64,000 nt of DNA from Lingula anatina (taxonomy: Eukaryota; Animalia; Brachiopoda). The stretch's first letter is position 1, and every line of letters starts with the position of its first letter. The stretch lies in NCBI GenBank assembly GCA_051362555.1, contig CM120640.1, positions 39,162,788 to 39,226,787 on the forward strand, read 5' to 3'. Below are positions 14,680 to 28,178 of this stretch, piece after piece. The notes below the pieces were generated by a model, which did no database searches, was not told where the DNA came from, and saw only the letters and a program-made list of their open reading frames with translations. A program made the position numbers and the translations under genes.

Positions 14680-17600
14680 CACCAGATAATTCAAGCACAT
14701 TTTTAGCACAGTGGATGTTTAAAAAGGTTTTCTGGTGCTCTGGTAATTTGTTTAGATTATTTCAGGAGCAAAAAGAATTGAAAGATCAATGTTCTTGATT
14801 GCAGCAGATTGATATTTTTATGAGTTAATTATAATACTTCATTGTTTTTCATTGTTTCCAGCCTGTATATGATGACAGAGCTCCACACTATATGTGTATC
14901 CTTTTTATACAAACAAATATCTATACTACTTAGATTTTACATACAGGTTTTCATTAACCGCAACAAATCTTGTATTAATTTTCAAATCAAAACAGAAAAA
15001 ATTGCATTATGAAAAACTTCAGTATATTTTTAGGCTAAACAGACTCTTAACTCTTGGGGGGGGGGGGGGGGGGGAGAGAAAAAATTACAATAAGTTAACA
15101 GTGATATAACTGTTGTTTGGTTAAGTTTCACAGTCCTTAACAGTCTCTCAGTTGTTGACAATCTCAAGCCCAGTGAGATAGTGGTGTCCTTCTCCTCGCT
15201 GTCCCGCTGGCATGATGCTCCGCTGGAACCCAAAGAATCCAAGACATCAGTAAAAGGAGGGAAAGGAGATAAAGGAGGAGATGATGGTGCCAGTGTATTA
15301 GATGGTGGGTTGATCACCTGGATACTAAACTGAGAAATTATTTGAAATTATTGATAACATTTCTGTACATTTTGCAGTGGTATACCATTCTTATTCTTTT
15401 TACAGTGATATCAAAACTTGCCTTGTGTTTCTAAACTGAATTATATATGATGATTTCAATCTTATCTGACCAAGTTGCTGTGCTGATTTTGAAGGAATTT
15501 TTTTTTTTCTCAAAAGATAAGTTTATACTGAGTGCAGTGCTTGTTGTTTGAAACTTGCATTTTATTTATATTTTGAACTCTCAGATGACTTTAGTGACCC
15601 GGGTAAGTGATTGGAGGTTATATACATGTTTCCTTTATGTAAGAACTCTTTTGTCCTGGTTCAAACCTCTTAAACATTTGTCTTAGACTACACTAAGCTA
15701 GAAGCACTTGTTTCTGTGACTTAACATTCATTCTTTATTAGTTTAGAATATTTAGAATTCTTTGACTAGTTTTTTCAATTGGAGATATCTTTTGAAAGCT
15801 GATTTACAAGTCTAAGATGTAAAATGTAACCCTTATACACAATTTGTTTAAATGAACATGTCTCAGACCCCCCCCCCCCCAAAAAAAAAAAAAATCTATG
15901 TTTTGCTAATACTAACAGGTTATATGTCCTTTGCAGGTTCCACCCACAAGGAGCCCACCCAGCCCACTCCTGCTCAGCCTGGGCTGCTGGTGGCTGAGCC
16001 CTACTCCTGGAAGAGTCTAGTCACTGGGCAGCCAATCCTGAGGCTCAAGACAACTGCCACTAAGGCTGCTGTGCTCACATTGCCTCCAGGGTAAGGGGAT
16101 AAAAGTTGCCATGATATGTACAAAATGCTATGATAAAACTGTTTACAACAAAATAGATTAATGAAGTGAATGTAAAAATAGTATAAAAGCCAAATCAGAG
16201 ATTGACCTGGTAGATAATGAATACAAGCTTGTTAACCAATGATTTAAATATGAATTTATGAAATAAGACTTCCCCATAACTTGCCATCTTATAACTCAGA
16301 TTATTGTAAGCCTCAAACATATATCAAATGTTTTTGGAATGGATTGTTTCTTTGGTATAAACTTAAGCTCAAGAACCTTATCTAACTGAAATCTTCACGC
16401 AACTCGGACAAAACCTTTTCAGCCCAAGTTATGTGGAGTCTACAGTATTTATCAAGATATATATATATATGTGTGTGTGTGTACATTTCTTATTTTCTAT
16501 TTGTTTTACATTACAGACGCCATGTGTTACGTTTCATGTTGACAGCCCCCCTAGGCTACCACATCCACCTCAGTTCTTCTGTACAGTTTGTGTATGGGGA
16601 CGAGGAGACTGTCATGGAGAAACTGACAGCTGTAAGAACCTCTTGACCATTTTTATAGTCAACTTTGTTTCTTTGAATAATGAGATGTAATCCGTGAATG
16701 AGAGGATGAAGTCACTTGAATAAAAAAAATATGCCACAGATTTTTTAGATACTTGAAATTTATCTGTGGTATTGGACCTGACCTGTAAAAGATTTAAAAC
16801 TATAAGGCTGTGATTTATTTTTAAAATTGAAGATGATTTGTATGTTGAAAAATCTAGACTTGTTCTGTAAAAGAATTATAAACAACTTTGATTTGACATA
16901 TTATTTGAAGCTAACTAGTATGTCCAAAATTTTCCCATTCATAAAGTGTTGACAAATTAGAACAATGACCATTATCCAATTTAAGCAACTGTTCCACTTC
17001 TAAATTGACCTTTGCAGGAGAGTTGCAGGTTTGTGGACAATGCTGTCCAGACAATGCAATTAATAGGCAAGTGCATTAACAATCTGAGTGATCCCTTGGC
17101 CTTTCATCAGAGCTATGAGGAGCTCAGTAACTGTCATTGTCCATACAGGAGTGTCAAGACCATCTCCAAAGTGAATCACTTCAAGGTGAGTCTGTGAGAA
17201 AACTTGCGTATTTATTGTTTGGATAAAAAGTTGGGTTTGTGCTCTGTGGATACTATTGGCATTGCATTACGAGAAATGATGGTGAATTGATGCTGAATGA
17301 GGATCAAGTGGTATTGAACATGTTCATTGTGTGTGTACCTGTGTGTGTTTGTGTTTGTGTTTGTGTGTATGCAGTTAAGAGAAATTAAGTGTAACTTTTT
17401 GTTAACATGTTATGACTACCAATATAGAATGATATAAAAATAATATATATTCAAATATATATTTAAATTTTACTTTTAGTTGTTTAACGAGTCTCTGTAC
17501 TCCATCCTGAGGAAGACTCTGCCAGCTGAACTTTTAACTCCTGAGATGGCTTTTGCTTGGAGGACCTTTAATTTTGATGCTACCACCAAGAATATACTGG

Positions 17601-20600
17601 GTCTTACCACAGGCAGCAGGCCAGGTTAGATATACTGTAGGGTTAATACAGTTGACACTCCATTACAACAATATCATTTCTTTCACACCAAGCACATATT
17701 TATTTCTGTACCACAAACAATTATTGTTATATTTATATTGGTTTCTTTTTTTCACGCGAGCATTTTTTTACCTGACTAGTTTATGTTCAAGCAAAAATAA
17801 ACAAGTAGACTGTCAGTGTAGTGATGCACTTGGTGTAACCTTACATGTCAGCACTGTTTCTGTACAGGTACGAGTGCAACCAGCCACAGGGGCTCTGCCA
17901 AGGAGAAGTCCAAGAAGCGTAAGTAGACACCATGATTGCAGCTTTCCAATTTTTCATTTGTATATCGATATGTATTCAGATAGACAGAATAATAGTGAAT
18001 CTATAGTATGATTTTTTCAGTGATCACTTGCAAATTGTCCAGGAACAGAATTATCTCTGATCTAAATGACATTGTGCAAATTCATTTTTAGTCATATAGA
18101 GTCATATAGTTGAGCTACAACTCCCAGAGTGGTTAAAAAAATAATTTGTGCAATAGTTGAGAGACAATTCCCGTTTGCTTTTAGAAAAAGAGGTGCAGGT
18201 GGAAAAGAACACACCAAGTAAATACCAGCAGATGATGACTACTTATTTTAGAACTTAGAATTGCTTACATAGCCATCGATACTCACAATGTAGTTGTTTT
18301 TTGTAAACATTTTAGTCAATCGCTTATTGATTTTTGCTATTAGTTATGAAGGCAGCGGCAGGTGCCTTTGGGACAAGTGGTGGGGACCCACTTAACGCTT
18401 CGTTAGCAGCTGCTTTATTAGCCAAAGGTTCATTAAGTCTTACTGCATTAGTGCACCGTGTTGTCACTGTTAGTTTGCCGTTACAGTGTTGTGCACTCAT
18501 TTGTGAAAAAACCATAGACTACAGCATAACATATGGTAGAGCCATGCACTAGTATATGTGCAAATGTTGCTGATGTACATGTGTGTGGGGGGAGGAAAGG
18601 GGTATAGTTGGCATATAGTTCAGTTATTAGCCAATATGCTGTGCTGGTGTATGTATTGTTAGGCAAGTGTAGTTAATTGATATTGTGCAGTGCAGTGTGA
18701 CAGGTGTCTTAATTGTTGGTATATAGTTGACATTGTGTGCCTCAAATGGTTGACAGCACTAGGGGTTGGGGGGGGGGAGGTGCTCTTACACATATTGCTG
18801 ATTGAAAGGCAGCATAGTGTCATTGCTTGTTTTTTGTGTCACTGATGTGTGTAATATGGTGTCAAGTGCCATTTGTCCATGTGTGTGATATAACACAGTT
18901 GTTAGTTGTGAATAATATGGTCAAAAAACCTACTAATATTGAGTGATTTCCTTTTGAATGGCAGAAACTGCTGAACTGGGTATGTACTGGGCATATTTCT
19001 ACAGTCTGTCAGTGAAGAGTTTTTGACCCTGCGTTCACTGTTATCAGATCAGACATCTTTGATTAATTACATTTATATTATGAAAATAATTAGTTTTTGT
19101 TTATAAAAAGAAATAAGATGAAGATTTTTTTATGCAAAAGAACTGGTCTGATTTCAGTGTTACATATACCTTACTTTTCTAAAATGGCTAAAAAGCCAAT
19201 TCTGTGGTATTTCTTCTGACTATGAAACATTCCTCACTAACAGAAACAATCTGCACTTCCTTGAAAATGTAAACTCTTCAACTCAGAAAAAATCCTGGAC
19301 CTTATCTCATGAATTTAATATGGTATACCGAGTAAAACTACATCTTGAAGAGCACTCTAGACTTATTATCTGCCTTTGATGGCTTCCATAATGGTTTGTG
19401 AATACAATCCCATTAACCAATCTTCTTCTCTATTGGTGTTATATATTATTTAACCATAATTCAATGCACATTAAAAAGTTTGCCTGAACAACTCAAAGAC
19501 TAGCCTTGTCTTGAGCCATGGTTGCTGTATTGTGTTTGTTGCTGTATGCATGACAAGTCACACTTCTTTGGCCACATTGGCTTCAATGCCATGATGTTTT
19601 ATGCAGTTTGGCACCAATACTAAATATTGTTCTCGAGTCAGTTTTAACCCTTCACCACTTATTCCTTTACAAAATGAAATAGAACTGTTCTGATGAAGAA
19701 AAAATAATGGAAGAGATATGTGGTAAAGGGTTAAAGGGAATGTTGAGTATAAAATGATCATGATGTTAACAAGTATGGTTGTTCATTTTTATTTTACTGC
19801 ATAAATGTAATTTCTGAATGTTGCTTGGGTAAACTATTTATTCTTAAAATGGTTTAGGATTTAATTTTAATTTCCTTTGTTCAATACTTTCTCCTAGCAT
19901 GTCTCTGTTGTGAGGCTTGGGATTATTGTTTAAATTAATTGCTTTAAGTTGAGCATGCTTTGGGATAGGCTTCAGTGGCCTAATGCTTTGGGGATATTAA
20001 CTGGTTGGGGAAAGGGTAAAAATTGGACAATGTGTATCTGTGTATCTGCCTATAAAGATAAGGGATGATATTTTACATTTGCAGGTGAGGTAGACAAGCA
20101 AACTCCAGAAAACTGGCTTAACAGGTGGGTGTGCAATGATTTGATAGATTTGCTATATTGGAAAAGAAGTTTAAAAGGTATTGATTATTAGCCTAATTTT
20201 TGTTTTTTGCTTTTAATATTAAAATATGGAATAATTGATAGAATACATCAATATATATATTCAGAAACTTCATTCTGAACATGTCTTTTGATAGCTCATA
20301 CAATCTGACAAATCTTCTTGGATCATTAAGGCAAAAGAGAAGGTTTGTGCTGGAGATTCTGTTATTGAATGTACAAAATATCTAAATGTTCTCCCCACTT
20401 ATCCCTCAACTATACATTTTCTTGTAATCTATTCACCTTCCAAGTCCATGTTATGGTTTTATATAACTACATTTCAGAGGCCGTAGATTAATATCTATAT
20501 GTATAGCCCATCACTGAGGCATATTATACCCAGATACTTAATATATTTCTGATGTTGTGTTGTAAACGTGTTGGAAATTCATTTGCTGTTGTGCTCTCAT

Positions 20601-22110
20601 GTTTGATAAGGATAAACAGAACCTGTTAGGGAAGACAGACAAAAAAAAGTTCCCCTTAATGATGTCAAATTCAAGCATCTTTATCTTAATGCACATTATG
20701 AATCCTAAAAGCATTTAAAAGAAACACTACTCTAAATTAGTAGCATTCCCACTCAACCCCCTAATAATGTTATGCAAATTTATTCTACAAAAGGATTAAA
20801 TCAGCTTTACTAATGCCTGAAGTAAAGATTAAAAAATTGCCAATTTTATGATACTGATGATTTTCAAATATATTTCCCCTGCAAAATAGCCAATGAAAAT
20901 TGAAAGATGATTTCATATTTATGTGTAGTATTATTTGAATCTGTGATCATCTTTCTTAAGCTTAATGCATCAATTTATGTTATTCTAGAGAGCCTACCCC
21001 AGAGGAGCATGTTGCCACCATAAAGCTCCAGAAAGGTTGGCGAGGGTGTTACGTGAGGAAGATACGGAATGCCAGGATGTCTGGGACAGAAGACCACCAG
21101 AAAGTTCTGGAACAGCTACAGAAGGCTTGGACCATTTTGGAACCCAACATGGAGCAGCATGGTCTTAACTTGTTCAGGTACAAAGACATAATGATAATGA
21201 TATGTTTTCTTATTTGATTTATTTTTCTTTATCCTGTTGTACACTCAGTCTGACATATTCTGCCTAAAACGGTGTTGCATTTATGACAGCAAAATTATAT
21301 GCTGACAGTAATAGTGATTAGCAAATGAGTATAATTTGTATTAAGTTTCTTTAAAGTATTTACTATTTGAGGCAGGAATAAAGCAGGATGCACTTACTCA
21401 TCATGGCTTTTATTCAGAAACATGAGTACTTTCAGTTTAAATCATGGTTTCAATCTGACTCCAGGGCCATGTTCAAAGCAGATCCAGACCTGATGGAGAA
21501 GTACCCCTTCCATAAAGATGAGTGGAATAAGATCTCCTATGCTGACTACCAGGGCAGCTTCCCTGACCAGCCAGCTGGCACTTGGTTTGTGGTGTTCAGG
21601 TAGGAAACAGACAGTTCTAATTCAGATATTTCACTTGTGCATGTGCTGTTGTTTCGTATGTATATTGAAAACTCTTTGTACATATGTATGGTGATTATTT
21701 ACAGGTCCTGTCAGCGAATTCAAATTTTCCCTTCATAATGCCAGAATTTAACGTAAATTTCAACAAAAAATGTGTTCAAGTTTGCTTTGATTGAGACTGA
21801 TAGAGGAAAAGTATGTTGGACTTGAACCTGATAATACAAATAATTGTGTTGTGTAACCCATTTGTGATTGTCATTCCATGGGTATTGTTTATATTTTTTT
21901 TCCAGGGAGGTATTCTATGTGACAGAAGAAATGCTAGTGGTGCCTAAGATGTACTGTACTATACCTAACTGTCTGTTAAGGGTGGTGAACAATGACACAA
22001 GAGAAGAGATCCCCAGGGTGTTCCAGAAAGTGGCACCTTTTGTTTACAAGAGAAACAGGGTGGGTGCAAGTCGTCATATATTGAAGTTACCCCCCCCCTC
22101 TGTCTGTCTC

Positions 22111-22155
<45 letters not shown>

Positions 22156-23794
22156 TGATAAACTGAAAATTAAACTGATTTTCAAAGCCTGATACATCAA
22201 AAATACAATAAAATTATTATTGTTAACATAATTCTCCTATTTATGGCTGTTTTTATATGTTGCAGAGAGGGTATACATTTATAGCGGAGTCCAGAACAAC
22301 AGACCAGCCTCTGCCCAATGGCAAGTGGCGTATGCGTCTGATTGGTTCACTGACTGCCCTGCCTGCTCCAGCCAGGAATGAGGTGAATTGTAGCTTCCAC
22401 ACCAGAGAGATCAGAGACTACTACATCCCCAATGAAAAGTGTATCATATTCAGGTAAATGGCATCACTTATGTTGTTCCTGTTTTTTTGTGACAGAGACT
22501 TGTGCAGGGTGGGGTTAACCAGTCTGCTTAAATCAATTAGGAAAGTAAAACATCTATTTGACATGATGTTTAATAAGTCCCTGGCAAGCACATTTTTGCC
22601 ATCTTCTGGGAGACCATGTATATCAAAGGGTAATGTCATTTTGAAAATCTTGTCCAATAAGAGAATAGTTTGTATAAAGAAGATATTAATATCCCATTTA
22701 GTAGAAACCCAGTATTTTCATTGTGATTATAATTATGGTAGACCTGATCTTTACCCCTTGAGAAAAAAACCAATAGAACAAATATTTCAAAAATATCTTC
22801 AACATTTTTGTTCTTCCCAGATGCAATGTAAGATTTTTAAATACTTTCACTGAATGTGTTTATTTGTTTTGTTTTGTTTTTTATTATTAAAGATATACAG
22901 TGAAGGTGACAGAGGAACATGTGGCCAGCCTCCAGATGTCCACCTCCAAGCCAGATGTCTACATCAAACTGATGGTGCTGGATCATGAGGAGGAGGTGCT
23001 CAGCACAGTGGGCAAGGGCCATGCAGTGCTGCCATCTTTTATCTTCCTCAAGGACCCTGGTAGTGACCAGTCTGTATCAGAAGAGAAGGAGGATATGAAG
23101 AGAGCCAACAGCAGAGCTTGTGAGTATATCACAGCTGTTATATACATATAATCTGTTATTATAAGTCACTAATATATCTGTTTTTTCCACTAGTTAAAAT
23201 GCCATATAATAGTCTGATTAGAAGTATGATATTGTATGTTGAGAAAAAGTCATATTTACATTTATACCTCAAATATTAGAAAGTTTCATATTTGTATGTG
23301 TTAAAAATTCTGTATTTTATTTAATATATAATATCATACTGTGGTTTTCCATTCCAGCCAACAAAGGTGGTGGTAAAGCCCATGCTGCAGCCAGTAAAGA
23401 GAAGGATGCTGGAAAGAGACAGGGCTCAGCCATGAGCAGAGCAGGATCGGTAAGAATTTACATGACAATCTTCTCCTTTCTTCATGATTTGTCTTTTGGT
23501 GTTCTGAAAAAATGTGCCAGTAGAAATGTTAACATATATTCTGTTAGTAAGGGAATTTTAAGTATTGTTAATGCACATGGTTTAACAAAACAGGACTTGG
23601 AAGAAGTAATGCAGAATTATTAATCTCTGTCTGTAAGTGAATAAGGAATATAGCGTTTATAATCCTGATTTTCCTTTTAAGCATGCAGTGATAGAGGTGC
23701 CCCCAGTACAGGTACATACAGGGTGATCACAAAATACACTACCCTGCATGCTGAGTGTCACATTGGGTTAATGCAGTGATATACAAAAATGTAT

Positions 23795-23841
<47 letters not shown>

Positions 23842-26800
23842 TTTGTTGAGTGTGTAATCCTTTTATGTTCCTTATTAAGTGGTGCAGTATTTTTAAAAGC
23901 ATGAACAAAGCACTTGACCCCCTTTGCATGATATTCACACCTGATGATGATGATGATAACTACAGCAATGGTGGCATGAATGATTATGATATACATTATG
24001 AGTGATTATAAGTTGAAGGTGTTAATACAGCACAGATTTGCTTATTACAGGAAGGCAGATTTATACCTTATGTGTGCACTTGTTTGATTTTCCTCCAATT
24101 TTATTGCACAATTAATTCTTCCATTTTCATGCTTTGTATCCAAACCAACATATTTTGAATTAATCAATGTGTACAGCATGGCACTTATGGTGGGTTCTAA
24201 TTAATCATGCTCTTAACCAGATGATTAATCAGCCTTCAAAGATAAACAGCAATAGGTTTAACATTAAGTGAACGGCAGAAGGGTCATTTTAACATACAAG
24301 TAGTTACATATAATACAATATACCGTAACATTTGATATTATAGATCTTTTTCACATAAAGACATAGCTGTTAATCTTAATTTATAAAGTAGAGGGTTTTT
24401 TCATTAATCATTATATTTAATTTGACCATATAGTAAAACATTGTAACAAATTTATCCATTTTATACCATGTTTAGAAAAAAGCTGTTGTCAAGTTAGGTT
24501 TAGCTTTGTTCATTAGTTTCATAGAGTCAGAAATGTGAAATTGCAAAAACACATATTAATATTATATAGCTCACAATTTCATGCTAACCATGTCGGTTAT
24601 ACCAAGGGTCATGATCTTCAGTTAAGATAGATTGTGATTTTTAGCTTTTCTTCTTTTTTTTTTCCAGCGGACTAGCAGCAGACATTCAGATCTGCCACCA
24701 TTAGACCCCGAGGAAGAGGAGAAGGAGAACAGGGTGAGCAAGAGAGACAGAGTGTTATTATGATATTTATTATAGACATCGGTGGTCTGTAATATATTTT
24801 TATGTGCTTATTATTAATTATTCAGATTAAGGAATGCCCTTGCCAAAGTCATAGATGTTTCAGCTTAAAGTTATAAGTCCATGGGTGAAAGTTTTCAGGA
24901 TTATGCCTGATTTCAGGAATATCAGTCTTTATTTTAATCCTTTTTTTCATATGGTCTAAATGCATTGAGAAATTGCAGGATACATACACATGAAAGTACT
25001 ATTAAAAGATACATTGTAATTAGGAATTATTGTTTCATATAGTTATAACCAGTGTGGTTCCTCTCACTATGTCACTATGTCACTTTGTCACTATGTCACT
25101 TTGTATTTCAGCCCCATAAGTACATCATTCAGGCCATGGTGATGAGGAACAGCTGGCCACTGTCTGAAAGTAGCTGGACATTTGTACAGATGCTTAAGGA
25201 TATGGAGAAGAATGAACTGAAAGGTAGTTAATCAGGATATATTTACTTCAGAATCTACTATATTTTATGTCTACATTTAATCCATTGTGGGGATTGTTTG
25301 TGACTTAACATACACCATGATTTATCTATATATAAGAAGTGAAATTATGACTGTTTAGTACATCAGGATTTAAAAGCAGGAATAGGTTTTGTTTCTCTAT
25401 CATTTTGACTGGTTTAGAATTACATCTTTGGTGCTAATAGAAAATATATTAAGAATAACTTGAAGGGAATTGGATGTGAACATTGCATTTTTGTTGAAGA
25501 AAAAAATTATGTCATTATTTTCATGAAAATATATGTAAAAATCCCCTCTTGCAGTTGCTAACAAGGAAGAGCGTCCACCCTCTGCCCCTAAGAATGACAA
25601 GGCCCAGGGCAAGGCTGCCCAGGGGAAGGGCAGCAAAGGGAAGGACAAAGACAAGGGAGCCAAGGACAAGCAAGGCTCCAGACCACCATCACAGCAGTTT
25701 GATACCACCAAGCCTTACTGGACACTGAGGATTGTCAGTGATGGGACTGCTGCAGTAAGTGATTGTTTTCAGTTAGCATACTTACTGTCATTGAAATTAT
25801 TGGTATGGGGATCCAGGTACCCACTGGCCATAATGTTATGATCCCTGTTTGTGATTTCAGTTAATTTTTAAGGGGAAAGACTGAGCATTCAGAAAAAAAT
25901 TATTTGTTTTCCAGTTTGACATATTATTGTAGTCGGCATGTTCATCTTATCAAAGTGGGCAGTGCCAAATCCCCCAGTCCTGACTTCTAGACATATGGAT
26001 GTATAGACTTAAGACTTTTTATGTACAGACACAGATGTGTCTGTACATATAGCCGTCATCTGCGTCTGTCGTCGCCGTCGTTGCCGTCGTCGCCGTCGTT
26101 GCCGTCGCCGTGCACTTTTACCGATAACACGATAAGTGGAAAACTGTTTTTTCTTTTTGTTTGAAACTTACAGAACTGATGAATATTCATAATACGCAGG
26201 TCGAGTTCGAAAATCAGCATGATCGGGTCACTTATATAGAATTTATGCTGTTTTTTCATTTTTTTCAGCATATATGCAGCACCGATAACACGATAAGTGG
26301 AAAACCATTTTACCTTTTGGCTTAAAACTTACAGAACTGATGAATATACATAATACGGAGATCAAGTTCGAAAATCAGCGTGATTTAGTGAATTTAGGCT
26401 ATTTTTTCTCTTTTTTCAGCATATGTGCAGCACCGATAACACAATATAAGAAAAACAGATTGGCCAATTGTCATTATACTCACAGGAGGGGCCAATCTTA
26501 CTAAAACGCAGGTTGAGTTTGAAAATCAGCATAATCAGTTCATTATTTTAGAAGTTATGCTGTTTTTTCACATTTCCTCACATTCAATTCTTAGGCATGT
26601 TAACAATCTCATTATTGAACTAATAAGATACGTAAAAGTGTTTGTTTGACATTTCCTGCATCTTTACAACATTGTTAGTTGATTTTTTTAAAAATGATGG
26701 TAAACTTGTTATCATGTATTGTGTAATAAAGTGTCAAAAATGGAAATAAACTCATATCATTGCAGTTTGTCAGATGCATTCATCCACTATGTTCAGAATC

Positions 26801-28113
26801 TCAGAATGGAGGAAGTTGGACATTTAACACTGTTCTATTGATACTTTTCCCATCTCATCAATTTTCTTCATTGGTCATATAAAAATGGCAGTAAACTGTT
26901 TATTTTGTTTTATGTTAAAAAAGTGTTAAAAATGGAAATAAACCCATTTCAGAACAGTGCTGTCTTGTTTACATTTTGGCATTTTCAATATGTGACTTTG
27001 AAGTTCCATGGGCCTGAAGACTTTTGCTTGTCACATTTTCTGAATAACTATGATGCTAATATTTTATAATTACAAATTGATGGTCATTATGCTGTAAAAC
27101 ATTATGTAATATTCCATCAAAATTTGAAGAAACCCCTATTTTGGGCACTGCTCCCATGATGACCATTTAAGGAAAATCATGTCACTTACTGTTCTCAAAC
27201 TTACAGGAAAGAAACATGGGACTAAAATACAGCTTCAGTAGGCAATGCAGTCTGTTTGGTAAAATTTTCTGGCAATTAAACAGTTTTTTGTGAAAATTTA
27301 ATTTTTCACATATTGGCATTTCCAAGGTGTGACTTAGAACCTCCACGGGCTTGAAGACTTTTTGGCATATTCAATGTGGGACTCGGAGCTCCCATGGACA
27401 TGAAGCCAAATGGTAATCATATTTTCTACATGTCCATCCTATTTATATTCAATAAACAAAAATTGGTGATAATTATTCTCTAATTTATTATGTAATGTTA
27501 CATCAAAATTGACAACAATCTTTTTGCACTGCTACTGCAAACATTATGAAAAGAAAACTGTGCCACTTATTATAATTTTAAACTTACAAGTACGATTTTT
27601 AGGATTGGCCTTCAGCTCATGAGAAAACCAGCTCTATTGGATTATCATGTTTATTGTATTTATGCATTTTTTGTGAAATTTTCATTTTTCTCATTCTGGC
27701 ACTTTCTAAGTATAAACTTGAACTCTGATGGGCCTGGAGCCTTATGCTTTTACTTTCGTCTGTGTGACCTGTTGTGCATAAGTTGATGTTGACTGTGCAG
27801 TTAAACATAATGTATTATTGCATCAGGATTGGTAGTCTCCTATTTTGGGCATTATGGTTTTGTGCTTTTCTTAAGGTGTGACTTATGGGCCTGAAGACCT
27901 TTGAGTGGGTCAGTCTGTAAATTACCCTTGGGTATCACTAGATTAATTTCAGAGTTATAAAGTCATTTGCTTTAATAGGCCATTAAATGAGATTACATAA
28001 AGCACACTTGTTGATATTTCCCTGTAAACTCCCAAAGGTAAAGCTCTCTGCTAGATTAATAATAAGGAAGCAGTGATAATTATGCAGGTAAATTTTGTTT
28101 AATATTGCAAATA

Positions 28114-28178
<65 letters not shown>

